NCBI GenBank assembly: GCA_040375675.1
Contig: JBEIRY010000001.1
Coordinates: 3,543 to 67,542 of the forward strand
Source of the DNA: Thermoleophilales bacterium
Lineage (GTDB): Bacteria > Actinomycetota > Thermoleophilia > Solirubrobacterales > 70-9
Direction: 5' to 3'
Length of the DNA stretch: 64,000 bases
Shown here: piece by piece, positions 1-10,368 of the stretch
Position numbering within the stretch: the stretch's first letter is position 1
Layout of the letters: the number at the start of each line of letters is the position of its first letter
Program-made: the position numbers and the translations under genes
Notes under the pieces: generated by a model
The model's database searches: none
The model's input: the letters and a program-made list of their open reading frames with translations, nothing else
What the model was told of the DNA's origin: nothing

Positions 1-140
1 ACCACCAACACCGCCAGCGCGGTTCGCCTTCTGCGTACTTCTTTGCGGTACATGTTCTGGTTTCTGGTCCTGACCCGATTGTTTGGGGATCTGGCCCGGA
101 GTCCCTCGCCCGAGGCGTAGGCTCAAGGCCCTACAGATGC

Positions 141-722
141 CTAATTCTGCCGGGTGGACCGGAGCAGCTCCGGGGCCAAGCGTGCAAGCAGACCCAGGGG
201 AAGGCCAATCACGTTCGAAAGATCGCCCTCGACCCGCTCGACCAGGCCGGAACCTGAGCCCTGAATTGCATAGCCGCCAGCTCTACCTTTCCACTCGTTG
301 CCCGCAAGACAGGCATCGAGAAGACCGTCTGAGATCTCCTTGAAAAAGACCGCCGTCTCCTCCACCCCCACTCGCGGCTCCTCCTCTCCGGGAAATACGA
401 CACAAAGGCCACCGGCTACCGAGTGCTCGCGGCCCGAGAGGTCACGCAGCATCTGACGAGCCTCGGCAAGGTCTGCCGGCTGACCCAGGGCCTTACCGTC
501 GAGGATCACCTCGGTATCGCCGGCGATGACAGCTGCGCCGGAGAGGTCCGGGCGTGATGCGACCGCGAGCGCCTTCGCAATCGCGTTGTCACGGACGATC
601 TCGAGCGGATCTCCTTCGGTCCGCTCGGAAATCCCAGATTCGATCACATCGACAGCCAGCCCGAGACCGGTCAACAGCGTCAGCCGTTGAGGGGATCGGC
701 TCGCAAGCACGACCCTGGTCAT
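141..722 (-). CDS. maf: Maf-like nucleoside triphosphate pyrophosphatase (septum formation protein Maf family)
   Basis: 193-aa ORF. It has the N-terminal VLASRSPQR motif and a C-terminal AGGYAIQG motif, both typical of the Maf family. Confidence 0.8.
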   Translation of the reverse strand: MTRVVLASRSPQRLTLLTGLGLAVDVIESGISERTEGDPLEIVRDNAIAKALAVASRPDLSGAAVIAGDTEVILDGKALGQPADLAEARQMLRDLSGREHSVAGGLCVVFPGEEEPRVGVEETAVFFKEISDGLLDACLAGNEWKGRAGGYAIQGSGSGLVERVEGDLSNVIGLPLGLLARLAPELLRSTRQN

Positions 723-743
723 TGATTCACCTGAGAGAGGGGC

Positions 744-1148
744 TCAGAGTTCAGGAAACCAGATCGAAATCTCACGCTCGGCCGATTCGGGCGAGTCGGA
801 GCCGTGAACCAGGTTGAAGGTGACTTCGAGACCGAAGTCACCTCTGATCGAACCGGTAGCAGCCTCTACTGGATCGGTCGAGCCGATCAGCTGTCGGGCT
901 GCGGGGATCGCGTTGGGACCTTCGAGGACTGCGGCAACCAGAGGTCCTCCTGTGATGAAAGAGACGAGCTCCCCGAAGAAGGGCTTCTCGGAGTGCTCCG
1001 CGTAGTGGGCGTTGGCGATCTCCTCATCGGCGGTCAGGAGCTTCAGGGCAACGAGAGAGAGACCCTTCGACTCGAACCGAGAGATCACTTCGCCGGTGAG
1101 GCGCCGCTCGAAGGCATCGGGCTTGACCAGAATCAGAGTTCGTTCCAT
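744..1148 (-). CDS. ndk: nucleoside-diphosphate kinase
   Basis: 134-aa ORF. It starts [17 protein letters not shown] and contains the NLVHGSDS active-site His motif. Confidence 0.95.
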   Translation of the reverse strand: MERTLILVKPDAFERRLTGEVISRFESKGLSLVALKLLTADEEIANAHYAEHSEKPFFGELVSFITGGPLVAAVLEGPNAIPAARQLIGSTDPVEAATGSIRGDFGLEVTFNLVHGSDSPESAEREISIWFPEL

Positions 1149-1171
1149 GACCGAGACGCTACCGATTCAGC

Positions 1172-1921
1172 TCAGTCGCCGGAGCGCCGAGGGGGCTGTC
1201 CGCCCGGGCCCTGTTGTGGGTTGCCACTCTTACCCGCAGGACGTCCTCGGGGCACGCGCCGGGCCTGGCGCTCGGCGGTATCTCCGGTACGCGGCTGGTT
1301 TTGGGTCGAGGACCCGCCCTGCTGTGAGCGAGCTTCGGCTGCACGCGTGCGGCGTTCGCGATCACGCTGGTCGCTGTCGCGCTGATCCTGAGTTCCCTGT
1401 CTTGCCTCTCGCGTCGCCGCTCTGGTCGCCTGCGCACGTGAACGCTGCTGAGATATCTCTTCGCGCCGGCGCGGCACAGCTGTTTCGCAGTATGGGCAGA
1501 CCTTCCAGCGAGGATCCAGCGGCTTGCGGCACTTGCGGCAGGGGGTGCGCAGCTTGCGCTCGCAGTTCGGGCAACTGAGGAAATCCCGGCCGACCGGATA
1601 CTCGCAGTGAGGGCACGAACCCTCGACCAGCTCCCTCAACCTCATCTCGGATGCACGCAGTTCGATCTCGCGTTCCTGACGATCCTCGATGAACTCAGGC
1701 GGGCGCAGGATCGTGTAGACGACCGTTCCGAAGAAGGGGAAGAGCGAAGCGGCCGCCGAGCAGGTGATCAGCACCGGATCCTCGATCCGCCTGCGGGCGT
1801 CGAGATAGGTCCAGTAGATCAGCGCCAGGTAGGTGACTACGAGGAAGAGGACGAAGAAACTGAGGAACAGTCCGATCCCGCCGCCGAAGCCGAATATTCC
1901 AAGGGGTGTAGGCATCTCCAC
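1172..1921 (-). CDS. membrane protein with PLD-nuclease-N-like two-helix N-terminus, double zinc ribbon and Arg/Gln-rich disordered tail
   Basis: 249-aa ORF. Two hydrophobic helices flank YLDARRR, followed by CPHC..CPNC and CRKC..CPYC zinc ribbons. The C-terminus is low complexity. Confidence 0.6.
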   Translation of the reverse strand: MEMPTPLGIFGFGGGIGLFLSFFVLFLVVTYLALIYWTYLDARRRIEDPVLITCSAAASLFPFFGTVVYTILRPPEFIEDRQEREIELRASEMRLRELVEGSCPHCEYPVGRDFLSCPNCERKLRTPCRKCRKPLDPRWKVCPYCETAVPRRREEISQQRSRAQATRAATREARQGTQDQRDSDQRDRERRTRAAEARSQQGGSSTQNQPRTGDTAERQARRVPRGRPAGKSGNPQQGPGGQPPRRSGD

Positions 1922-1971
1922 TTAGTGATTTTGCCGCTCGGAGACCAAAACCCTGCAAGCCGCCGCGCAAC

Positions 1972-2091
1972 TCACAGGTAGGCCAAGCCGAATACGTAGC
2001 CGATTGCGAAGAAAACGATGATCACGATCGCGACGATCGCCGCGACCAGACCCATCATGGTGAGAAGTTCGCCTCTTGCTTCTTTATCCAT
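1972..2091 (-). CDS. 39-aa single-pass membrane peptide (not in ORF track)
   Basis: Hand translation gives MDKEARGELLTMMGLVAAIVAIVIIVFFAIGYVFGLAYL followed by a stop. The ATG lies inside the last codons of folC (ATGGATAA context), which suggests translational coupling. Confidence 0.35.
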   Translation of the reverse strand: MDKEARGELLTMMGLVAAIVAIVIIVFFAIGYVFGLAYL

Positions 2092-3313
2092 AGATTCCTA
2101 GAAGGTAGTGGGAACCGGTGACGACCGCGACACCTTGCTTGCCTTTTGCAAGTTCCCGCGCTCGCGAGATGGCCTGAGATGGCTCGGAAACCGCTTCTGC
2201 GGTGACTCCGAAATCCACACAGAGATCGGCCAGATCAGATGCCGGAACGCACTTTGCCCCGGGACGGCCAGTGCCCTTCATCTGCTCTTCCGCGATTTCC
2301 GTACAGATGAAATCCCCACAGACACCTGCCAGCGCCTCGATCATCCCTGAGGCGTCCTTGTCATCCAGCACCGCGAGGCAGCAAACCACCGGAGCACCAT
2401 CGCAGAGAGCCGGCAGGGCCTCGGCAAGGGCCCTGGCGGCGTCTGGATTATGAGCGGCGTCGAGCACCACCGGCGGATCCCCCTCACGCAACTCCAGCCG
2501 TCCTCGGACGACCATCTCCTTACTTGCCATTTCTCGCACCACCTTGGATACATCTCCAACCAGCGCCTCGGCAGCAGCGACGGCGAGTCCGAGGTTTCGC
2601 CTCTGGAAGGGCGGAAGACTCTCCGGGCCCGCCGGCTCGGCGATGACCCAACGAGCGTGACGGTCGGCAACAAACTTCTCTACCACCGGCTCCACCCAGG
2701 AGGAGGGATCCGGTCCGGTGATCAGGACGCTGTGGTCGCGCAGAACCGCGAGCTTCTCGGCCGCGATCTCGGCAACCGTTTCGCCGAGCCACTCGGTGTG
2801 GTCGAGTCCGACCGAGGTGAGAACCGTCACCTTGGAGGGCAGGACGTTCGTTGCATCGAGCCGCCCACCCAACCCCGCCTCGATCGCCGCCACCTCCACT
2901 CCGGCCTCGGCAAAGGCACAAAAGGCCGCAGCTGTGAGCAACTCGTACTGAGTGACGGGTCCCTCATCCTCCCCGGCCGCTCGGTCCGCCGCAACGGCAG
3001 CTCGCTCGGTCTGCTCGAGAACCGTGAGGAAGAGATCCCCCTCTATCGGCTTCCCGTCGATCTCGATTCGCTCGCGCCAAGAATCAAGATGAGGAGAGAG
3101 GTAGGCACCGGTACTGCGCTCACCCGGCTCTGCAACCAGCCGCGCAATGAAGCGCGTGGTCGAGGATTTGCCGTTGGTGCCGACGATGTGCGCGCTGGCA
3201 AAGCGACGCTGGGGCATCCCCAGCAGCGAACAGAGTCGCTGCATACGCTCGAGACCCAGCTTCCACCCGATCGGCTCTCGCGCAGCGAGGATCCGCTCGG
3301 CGGCAGCGTCCAC
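2084..3313 (-). CDS. folC: bifunctional folylpolyglutamate synthase / dihydrofolate synthase
   Basis: 409-aa ORF. It has the Mur-ligase P-loop HIVGTNGKSST. It sits directly downstream of valS, a common arrangement. Confidence 0.9.
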   Translation of the reverse strand: MDAAAERILAAREPIGWKLGLERMQRLCSLLGMPQRRFASAHIVGTNGKSSTTRFIARLVAEPGERSTGAYLSPHLDSWRERIEIDGKPIEGDLFLTVLEQTERAAVAADRAAGEDEGPVTQYELLTAAAFCAFAEAGVEVAAIEAGLGGRLDATNVLPSKVTVLTSVGLDHTEWLGETVAEIAAEKLAVLRDHSVLITGPDPSSWVEPVVEKFVADRHARWVIAEPAGPESLPPFQRRNLGLAVAAAEALVGDVSKVVREMASKEMVVRGRLELREGDPPVVLDAAHNPDAARALAEALPALCDGAPVVCCLAVLDDKDASGMIEALAGVCGDFICTEIAEEQMKGTGRPGAKCVPASDLADLCVDFGVTAEAVSEPSQAISRARELAKGKQGVAVVTGSHYLLGIYG

Positions 3314-3318
3314 CTTGC

Positions 3319-5871
3319 TCAGGAGAGCTCCTCCAGCTCGCCTTTGTATCGCTCGAGTTTTTCGCGCTCCTCGTCGACGACATCTGCTGGCGCGCTGGAA
3401 ACGAACTTCTCGTTCGCCAACTTGCCCTCGGCACGAGAAACCTCAGAGCGCAGCTTTTCGCGACGCTCCTCGATCCTCGCGGCGACTGCCTCGGCATCCA
3501 CCCCGTCAGCGGCCAGGAGCTCTATGCCGGCCACGGTTGCGATCGCATCCCCTTCGGTCTGTCCGAACTCGACCCTGGTCAACCGACCAACCAGCTCATG
3601 CGGCTGATCACCCGAGCTGCGTCCGTTCAGCGAAGCGCCTGCGGCGACGCCAGCGAGGTCGCGCCAGCGACGCAGCGCTCGGGTCATCTCGATCGCCGCT
3701 CCTATCTCGTCCTCTGCGGCCTGATCGATGAGAGACTCGTCGAATTCGGGGTAGGAGTGAATCATCAACGCCTCGGGCAGATCCTCGCGCTCCGGCATAT
3801 ACGAGTAGATCTCCTCGGTCACGAAGGGGACGAAGGGGTGTGAAAGGGCCAAGGTCTGTTCGAGGATCCAGAGCAGGGTTCGGGAGGCATCCTCGTCCCC
3901 GTCGTAGAGCCTCGGCTTGACGATCTCCAGATACCAGTCGCAGAGCTCTGACCAGAAGAACTCGTAGAGCCCGAGAACCGCGTGGGCAAAATCAAACCTT
4001 CCGACGCACTCAGACACATCCTGGGTAGCCCGCTGGAATCGAGAGATGATCCAGCGATCCTCTACCCGATCACTCCCAGGGCCAGGCACGACTGAGCTGT
4101 CGCAAGAGGTGAGGATCAGCCTGGAGGCGTTCCAGAGCTTGTTGGCGAGATCACGACCCTGTTGAACTCTGGCCTGCGAGAAGCGCACATCCTGGGTCGA
4201 TGACATCGCGAGCAGACCGAACCGCAGCGCGTCAGCGCCGCTCTGATCGATCTCCTCGAGCGGGTCTATGCCGGTGCCGAGGCTCTTCGACATGCGGCGC
4301 CCGTCGGGGGCCTGGATGACCGAATGAACGTAGACATCGGAGAACGGGACCTCGCCGGTGAACTCGAGCGAGCACATGATCATCCGGGCGACCCAGAGGA
4401 AGAGAATCTCCCTCGCGGTAGTCAGGAAGTCGGTCGGGAAGAAGGCCTTGTAGTCAGGGGCGTCGGTGTTCGGCCAGCCCAATGTGGCGAACGGCCAGAG
4501 GGCAGAACTGAACCAGGTGTCGAGGACATCCTCGTCGCGCACCCATCCATCGCCGGTTGGTTCGCTCTCGCCTACGTAGATCTCCTCGCCGCGGTACCAG
4601 ACAGGAAGCCTGTGTCCCCACCAGAGCTGACGTGAGATGCACCAGGGTCGGATCTTGCTCATCCAGTCGAGGTAGACCTCTCGCGACGAATCTGGCGTGA
4701 ACTTGACCTCACCGCGCTCGACCACGTCTATCGCAGGCTGTGCGAGCTGGTCCATGCTGCAGAACCACTGCAAGGAGATGAGCGGCTCGATCCGCTCGCC
4801 GGAGCGGTGAGAGAAAGGAACCGAGTGAACGTACTCCGACTCCGAGCGCAGCGCGCCCTCAGCCCGCAAGGCCTCGACCACCGCGACCTGCGCCTCTGCC
4901 GCCGTGCTCCCGGAGTAAGGCTCGCCCGCCTCGGCAGACATCCGCCCGTCCTCGCCGATCACGCTGATCTCCTCGAGACCGTGCTTTCGGCCGATCTCGA
5001 AGTCGTTCGGGTCGTGTCCAGGAGTGATCTTGAGGGCTCCGGTGCCGAACTCTGGGTCGACGTGTTCGTCGGCGATCACCGGAATGCGGCGACCGACCAG
5101 CGGCAAGATCACCTCTGAACCGACCAGCGCGGAGTAGCGCTCATCGCCCGGAGCAACCGCAACCGCTGTGTCGGCAAGCATCGTTTCGGGCCGGACGGTG
5201 GCGACCACCAGTTCGCCAGATCCATCGGCGAGTGGGTAGGCGATCTCGTAGAGGCTGTCGGTTACCTCGCGGTTTTCCACCTCGAGATCAGAAATGGCCG
5301 AGCGTGAGCCCGGGTCCCAATTGACCATGTAGTTGTCGCGATAGATGTATCCACGCTCGTAGAGCTCACAGAAGACCCGAACCACGGCTTTGGCGTAGTC
5401 GTCGTCGAGAGTGAACCTCTCGCGCTCGTAATCGCACGAGGCGCCGAGCCGCTTGTACTGCTCGACGATGGTCGAGCCGTATTCGGCCTTCCACTCCCAG
5501 ACCCGATCCACAAATGCATCACGCCCCAACTCATGCCTGTCTCCCCCTTGGGAGCGCAACTCCTTCTCGACCACAGCCTGAGTTGCGATGCCAGCGTGGT
5601 CGGTTCCGAGCACCCAGAGCGTGTTGTGTCCCTGCATCCGGCGCATCCGAACCAGCGCGTCTTGGATCGAGCCGTTCAGCGCATGGCCCATGTGCAGCGC
5701 GCCGGTCACATTGGGAGGAGGAATCGCCACCGAGAAGTTCTCGGCCGGAGTGCCGGTGGCCTCGGGATGGAACCAGCCGCCTTCCATCCAGCGTTCGAAC
5801 ACACGGGATTCCACCTCGCCGGGATCCCAACGGGTAGTCGCTTCAAGTTTTGCCTTGCGCTCGTCGCTCAC
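3319..5871 (-). CDS. valS: valine--tRNA ligase
   Basis: 850-aa ORF. It carries the class I HIGH-type motif PPNVTGALHMGHA and the KMSKS motif RRMSKSLGT, plus a C-terminal coiled coil. Confidence 0.95.
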   Translation of the reverse strand: MSDERKAKLEATTRWDPGEVESRVFERWMEGGWFHPEATGTPAENFSVAIPPPNVTGALHMGHALNGSIQDALVRMRRMQGHNTLWVLGTDHAGIATQAVVEKELRSQGGDRHELGRDAFVDRVWEWKAEYGSTIVEQYKRLGASCDYERERFTLDDDYAKAVVRVFCELYERGYIYRDNYMVNWDPGSRSAISDLEVENREVTDSLYEIAYPLADGSGELVVATVRPETMLADTAVAVAPGDERYSALVGSEVILPLVGRRIPVIADEHVDPEFGTGALKITPGHDPNDFEIGRKHGLEEISVIGEDGRMSAEAGEPYSGSTAAEAQVAVVEALRAEGALRSESEYVHSVPFSHRSGERIEPLISLQWFCSMDQLAQPAIDVVERGEVKFTPDSSREVYLDWMSKIRPWCISRQLWWGHRLPVWYRGEEIYVGESEPTGDGWVRDEDVLDTWFSSALWPFATLGWPNTDAPDYKAFFPTDFLTTAREILFLWVARMIMCSLEFTGEVPFSDVYVHSVIQAPDGRRMSKSLGTGIDPLEEIDQSGADALRFGLLAMSSTQDVRFSQARVQQGRDLANKLWNASRLILTSCDSSVVPGPGSDRVEDRWIISRFQRATQDVSECVGRFDFAHAVLGLYEFFWSELCDWYLEIVKPRLYDGDEDASRTLLWILEQTLALSHPFVPFVTEEIYSYMPEREDLPEALMIHSYPEFDESLIDQAAEDEIGAAIEMTRALRRWRDLAGVAAGASLNGRSSGDQPHELVGRLTRVEFGQTEGDAIATVAGIELLAADGVDAEAVAARIEERREKLRSEVSRAEGKLANEKFVSSAPADVVDEEREKLERYKGELEELS

Positions 5872-5930
5872 TGCTCAGGCGATTATCGCCGCAAAGCGGT
5901 CACCGATGCGTCGGTGAGGATGCTGCCGAC

Positions 5931-7256
5931 TCAGGCGGTCCGCTCGCCGAGCGCGCCAGCCGGATCTCCGGAGGAGACATCGACGCCCACCGGAGGAACT
6001 TCGCCGGTGACGATCTCGGGCGGCAGGCCCTTCTCGATGGTCTCCTTGGTGATGATGCAGCGGGTCACATCGGCGCGAGAGGGCAGCTCGAACTGAACAT
6101 CGAGCAAAGTCTCTTCGAGGATCGAGCGCAAGCCCCTGGCGCCAGCGTCGCGTTCGATGGCCCTGTCGGCAATCGCAGCGAGTGAGTCAGGCGCAAATAC
6201 GAGCTCGACATCGTCGTACTTGAAGGAGCTGCGGAACTGATTGATCAGAGCGTTGCGAGGCTCGGTGAGAATCCTGATCAGGTCCTCGCGCTTGAGCTGG
6301 TGGATGGCCGAGACAACGGGGAGCCTTCCGATGAATTCCGGAATCCGGCCGTACTCCATCAGATCCTCGGGAAGCACATGCTCGAACACCTCTCCCAGGT
6401 CCTCGGCGGCCTGTGAAGCAATCTCGGCGCCGAAGCCGATGCCCTTGTTCCCGACCCGTTTCTCGACCACCTGATCCAGCTGGGCAAAAGAACCACCGCA
6501 GATGAAGAGGATGTTCGAAGTGTCGATCGTGAGGAACTCCTGATGAGGATGCTTGCGGCCACCTTGCGGAGGGACCGAAGCGGTAGTTCCTTCGATGATC
6601 TTCAAGAGGGCCTGCTGAACGCCCTCTCCCGATACATCGCGGGTGAGCGAAGGGTTGTCGGCCTTGCGGGCGATCTTGTCGATCTCGTCGAGGTAGATGA
6701 TTCCCCGCTCGGCCTTCTTCACATCGAAGTCCGCGGCCTGAATCAACTTGAGCAGGATGTTCTCGACATCCTCTCCGACATAGCCTGCCTCGGTCAGCGC
6801 GGTCGCGTCGGCGATCGCAAAGGGAACGTTGATGATCCGCGCAAGTGTCTGCGCGAGCAAAGTCTTGCCGCAACCGGTGGGACCGAGCAAGAGGATGTTC
6901 GACTTCTGGAGCTCGACATCGTTCGACTCGGAGCCGGCCATCTGGACCCGCTTGTAGTGGTTGTAGACCGCAACCGATAGCGAACGCTTGGCTGTTTCTT
7001 GGCCGACCACATACTCGTTCAGGGTCTCGAAGATCTCGGTCGGCTTGGGCAGGCTCTCCATCTCGAGGCCGGTCGCAGCTGAGCTACTCGAACCGGAGAC
7101 CTCTTCATCGATGATCTCGTTGCAGAGGTCGATGCACTCATCGCACACGTACACGCCCGGGCCGGCGATCAGCTTCTTGACCTGACGCTGCGACTTTCCG
7201 CAGAAACTGCAAAGCAGCTGCTCATTGGAATCGGTGGGACGTGCCAGCGGACTCAA
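5931..7256 (-). CDS. clpX: ATP-dependent Clp protease ATP-binding subunit ClpX
   Basis: 441-aa ORF. It has the N-terminal zinc finger CSFCGK..CDEC, the Walker A motif GPTGCGKT and the Walker B motif IIYLDEIDK. Confidence 0.95.
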   Translation of the reverse strand: MSPLARPTDSNEQLLCSFCGKSQRQVKKLIAGPGVYVCDECIDLCNEIIDEEVSGSSSSAATGLEMESLPKPTEIFETLNEYVVGQETAKRSLSVAVYNHYKRVQMAGSESNDVELQKSNILLLGPTGCGKTLLAQTLARIINVPFAIADATALTEAGYVGEDVENILLKLIQAADFDVKKAERGIIYLDEIDKIARKADNPSLTRDVSGEGVQQALLKIIEGTTASVPPQGGRKHPHQEFLTIDTSNILFICGGSFAQLDQVVEKRVGNKGIGFGAEIASQAAEDLGEVFEHVLPEDLMEYGRIPEFIGRLPVVSAIHQLKREDLIRILTEPRNALINQFRSSFKYDDVELVFAPDSLAAIADRAIERDAGARGLRSILEETLLDVQFELPSRADVTRCIITKETIEKGLPPEIVTGEVPPVGVDVSSGDPAGALGERTA

Positions 7257-7377
7257 CTCCTCGATCGTGATGGTCGGTTTGGAGGGCAGCGGATCTCTGA
7301 TCTGCCCGTGTGCAGGTGGATTACGCCGCTTCAGGCGTGTTTCCTGCCCGAAAGCCAGAATGCGAGAGAGCTTGCGT

Positions 7378-8130
7378 TTAGCTGAAGCGATCCCAGCGGG
7401 CCAGATCCGGCCAGGGGTCTATCTCCCGGCCGCGATCACGGATCTCGAAGTGCAGGTGGCAACCGGTGCCGGTCGCGTTGCCGGTGGTCCCCACACGCCC
7501 GACTGTCTCGCCGGTGATGACGCGCTCTCCCAAGCCCGGGAAGGCCGGCTTCCTCAGATGTGCGTAGAAGTAGGAGCGGCGCTCATGCGCACCGAGTATT
7601 CGCAGGTAATTGCCGTAGAGCACGGGGTCATAACCGCGAGAGATCACCTTGCCAGCCCTCACAGCAGCCAGCGGTGTGCCGCACCTCGTCATCACGTCGT
7701 AGCCTTCGTGGAGGCGATCACCAGATCGGGGAGCCCCGAACAGCCCGAGCCACCCCCTTGCCCAGTGCGGCCCCCTGACCGGAAAGTAATGACCTGCAAA
7801 ACGGAACTCGCCGAGTCTCCGCCTTGGACCACCTGACACAGAAGCAAAGACCGAGTACCGGCCATCAGCGGCTGGTTTGTCAGCGTTGGTCAAACCGTCC
7901 CATTCGAACTCGCTGATCTCGTCTGGAGAAAGCGATTCGATCACGATCCGGCGCACCGACCGACCGCGATTGCCCTTCGGCACGAAGAGGACCTCGACCC
8001 TGGACGGATCGGACACCTTGGCCTCGTCGAGCGAGAACGAAACCCGAACCCCTTCTCCTCCGTAGAACGCTCGCTTCGGCGCCACAGAAGCGCTCGAGAA
8101 CTCCCCGACAGGAACAGCCATTGCGGGCAC
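7378..8130 (-). CDS. M23 family metallopeptidase (5' end uncertain, may extend upstream)
   Basis: 250-aa ORF. It has the HEGYDV and GCHLHFEIR LytM-type metal motifs. Signal-peptide-like coding continues in frame upstream of the GTG at 8130 (see findings). Confidence 0.8.
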   Translation of the reverse strand: MPAMAVPVGEFSSASVAPKRAFYGGEGVRVSFSLDEAKVSDPSRVEVLFVPKGNRGRSVRRIVIESLSPDEISEFEWDGLTNADKPAADGRYSVFASVSGGPRRRLGEFRFAGHYFPVRGPHWARGWLGLFGAPRSGDRLHEGYDVMTRCGTPLAAVRAGKVISRGYDPVLYGNYLRILGAHERRSYFYAHLRKPAFPGLGERVITGETVGRVGTTGNATGTGCHLHFEIRDRGREIDPWPDLARWDRFS

Positions 8131-8180
8131 AGCGAGAGTGCCTGCAAAGAGGCAGATCAGGGCAAGAAGCAGCGCCGCGG

Positions 8181-8765
8181 CTAGCGGTGCTCGATGACGC
8201 GGTCGACCAGGTTGTATTCCTTGGCCTCCTCCGCGGTCATGAAGTAATCGCGCTCGGTGTCCTCTGTGACCTTTTCGAGCGGCTGACCCGTGTGCTTGGC
8301 GATGATCTCGTCCAGACGCTTACGGCTGTCGATGATCTCCTTGGCGTGGATCTCGATATCGGTAGCTTGGCCCTGGAATCCGGCAGAGACCTGATGGATC
8401 AGGATCTTCGAGTTCGGCAGCGACATCCGCTTACCGGCCGCCCCGCCAGCCAACAGCAAGGCACCCATGCTCATCGCAATACCTACGCAGATGGTCTGCA
8501 CGTCAGGCTTGATGAACTGCATCGCGTCGTAAATCGCCAGTCCGGCATAGACCGAGCCGCCGGGCGAGTTGATGTAGAGGCTGATGTCCTTGTCGGGGTC
8601 CTCGGACTCGAGGTGGATCAGCTGAGCGACGATCAGGTTGGCGATGTCCTCCGTGACAGGCGTACCGAGGAAGACGATCCGCTCGTTCAGCAGGCGTGAG
8701 TAGATGTCGAAAGCACGCTCTCCGCGCGAGGTCTGCTCGACAACCATTGGGACCATTGGAGTCAT
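8181..8765 (-). CDS. clpP: ATP-dependent Clp protease proteolytic subunit
   Basis: I place the start at the internal ATG ([26 protein letters not shown]), just after the tig stop. The catalytic Ser context is GIAMSMGA. The longer ORF to 8828 would overlap tig. Confidence 0.9.
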   Translation of the reverse strand: MTPMVPMVVEQTSRGERAFDIYSRLLNERIVFLGTPVTEDIANLIVAQLIHLESEDPDKDISLYINSPGGSVYAGLAIYDAMQFIKPDVQTICVGIAMSMGALLLAGGAAGKRMSLPNSKILIHQVSAGFQGQATDIEIHAKEIIDSRKRLDEIIAKHTGQPLEKVTEDTERDYFMTAEEAKEYNLVDRVIEHR

Positions 8766-8776
8766 CGCAAGCGAGT

Positions 8777-10198
8777 CTAGCGAGCGGTCTGGTCGGGACC
8801 GTCTGCAGGTCCTTCCCCGGGCGTCCACAGGCCGCCCTTTTCCTCGCGCTCCTTCTCGGGGGTCCAGATTGCTTCCTTGGCCTCGGCGGCCTCGGGCGCG
8901 ATCGGCGTGGCCTCAGCAGCAATCATCTCCAGGGCCTTCTTCAAGCGGAGCTCATCTACCAGTTCGTCCTCGCGGCCCGCTTCACGAAGCTGCTTCAGAG
9001 CGTCTTCAGGTTCGGGGTGGCCGTGATCTTCGTGACCGGGCGGGATCGCCAGCGCCTCCAGCATCTCGGCCTCGCCGATCTCGATCTTCTCGGCCTCAGC
9101 GATCGCCTCGAGTACTGCCTCGCGCTTCAGCGCCTGCTCGGCATCGGGACGAATCTCGGCCACCATCGCCTCGGTCGTCTTGCCCTGCATTTCGGCATAG
9201 CGCTCGCCGCTGATCCCCTGCTGGGCAAGAGCGCGCTCCAGCCTCCTCCACATCTCGAGCGCCCTGCCGTCGATAACCGCATCGGGGAGCTCGACCGTGG
9301 ATGTCGCTACCGCGGCGTCCAACGCCGCCGCCCTGAAAGCCTCTTCGGACTGGCCCTCGAGGACCTCCTTCATCTGTGAGGCGATCTCCTCGCGCAGCTC
9401 GGCGAGGGTCTCGAACTCCGATGCCTCGGCGGCGAAGTCATCGTCGAGTTCCGGCAGGACCTTCTCGCGGATCTCCTTCAGCTTGATGGTGAAGGTCGCG
9501 TGCTTGCCCTGGATCTCCTCGGCCGGATAGTCATCGGGAAAATCGACCTCCGCAACTACCTCCTCACCAGGCTCGGCACCGACAAGCGGCTTCTCGAAGT
9601 CAGGCAGGACCTGCCCGCCACCCAATTCGAGCAAGAAGTCGCTTGCTGTACCTCCCTCGAAGACCTCGTCATCGATCTTGCCTTCGTAGTCGAGCAACAC
9701 CGCATCGCCCTGAGCAGCCTTACGGCCCTCGACCGGCTCGAGCTTGGCAAAGGCCTGCCTCAGGCGCTCGAGCTCTCCCTCGACAGCATCGACTGGAACA
9801 TCGGCCTCGGCGCGAGGCGCCTCTACGCCCTTCCACTTGCCGAGCTTTGCGTCGGGGCGGATCGAGACCTCGAAGGCGAATGAGAGAGGCTCCCCCTCCT
9901 CGGGCATCTTCTCCAAGCTGATAGAGGGATCACCGACAGGCTTTACCTTCGAGTCGTCGAGCGCGCTTACGTACCACTCGGCCAGAGAACTCTCGATCGC
10001 CTCGTTCAGCACGGCGTCGCGGCCGAGGCGCTGAAGGACCATCTCCGGGGGCACCTTGCCCTTGCGGAAACCCTCGATCTTCATCTCCTTGCCGAGGCGC
10101 TCGGCCGCTGCGTCGATCCGGTTCTGGATCTCTTCCGCAGGCACTTCTGCCTCGATCTTGCGGCGTGATTCCGGTAGCTCGGTTACGGTCGTCTTCAT
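8777..10198 (-). CDS. tig: trigger factor
   Basis: I place the start at [19 protein letters not shown]. The N-terminal ribosome-binding FRKGKVP motif is present. The tig-clpP order is conserved. Confidence 0.9.
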   Translation of the reverse strand: MKTTVTELPESRRKIEAEVPAEEIQNRIDAAAERLGKEMKIEGFRKGKVPPEMVLQRLGRDAVLNEAIESSLAEWYVSALDDSKVKPVGDPSISLEKMPEEGEPLSFAFEVSIRPDAKLGKWKGVEAPRAEADVPVDAVEGELERLRQAFAKLEPVEGRKAAQGDAVLLDYEGKIDDEVFEGGTASDFLLELGGGQVLPDFEKPLVGAEPGEEVVAEVDFPDDYPAEEIQGKHATFTIKLKEIREKVLPELDDDFAAEASEFETLAELREEIASQMKEVLEGQSEEAFRAAALDAAVATSTVELPDAVIDGRALEMWRRLERALAQQGISGERYAEMQGKTTEAMVAEIRPDAEQALKREAVLEAIAEAEKIEIGEAEMLEALAIPPGHEDHGHPEPEDALKQLREAGREDELVDELRLKKALEMIAAEATPIAPEAAEAKEAIWTPEKEREEKGGLWTPGEGPADGPDQTAR

Positions 10199-10368
10199 CG
10201 CTGCGATGACCTTAGAGAAACCTGACGGCCGACCCCTTCCTGCCCGGGTGAAATTCGCGTCGCGAATACTCACCGGAGCGCCGGGAAGGGCCTACTCGTT
10301 TGCGATCGACCTCGGCGCGACCTTCTTGGCGCTGGGCGCTTACGGAATCCAGCGCGCTTTCGTGCCGC

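Noticed and set aside
1-53. Possible start of a minus-strand gene (MYRKEVRRRRTALAVLVV...) running off the left edge, possibly MreC-like downstream of maf.
   Set aside because: Only 17 codons are visible and there is no clear Shine-Dalgarno. The family cannot be supported from this fragment.
5872-5930. Possible T-box or other leader upstream of valS.
   Set aside because: Only 59 nt separate valS from clpX. That is too short for a T-box, and no specifier or T-box sequence is seen.
8766-8828. Longer ClpP N-terminus ([16 protein letters not shown]...) from the ORF track. Similar long N-termini occur for tig (to 10273), ctaG (to 12989), acpS (to 49275), guaA (to 56506) and hup (to 61688).
   Set aside because: The extensions are Arg-rich, overlap the upstream gene, and precede internal ATGs that align with the conserved family N-termini. 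In several cases those ATGs have a Shine-Dalgarno.
10253-10267. Perfect 7-1-7 palindrome ATTCGCG-T-CGCGAAT about 55 nt upstream of tig.
   Set aside because: Short CG-rich palindromes of this size are expected several times by chance in 64 kb of high-GC DNA. There is no second copy or supporting context.
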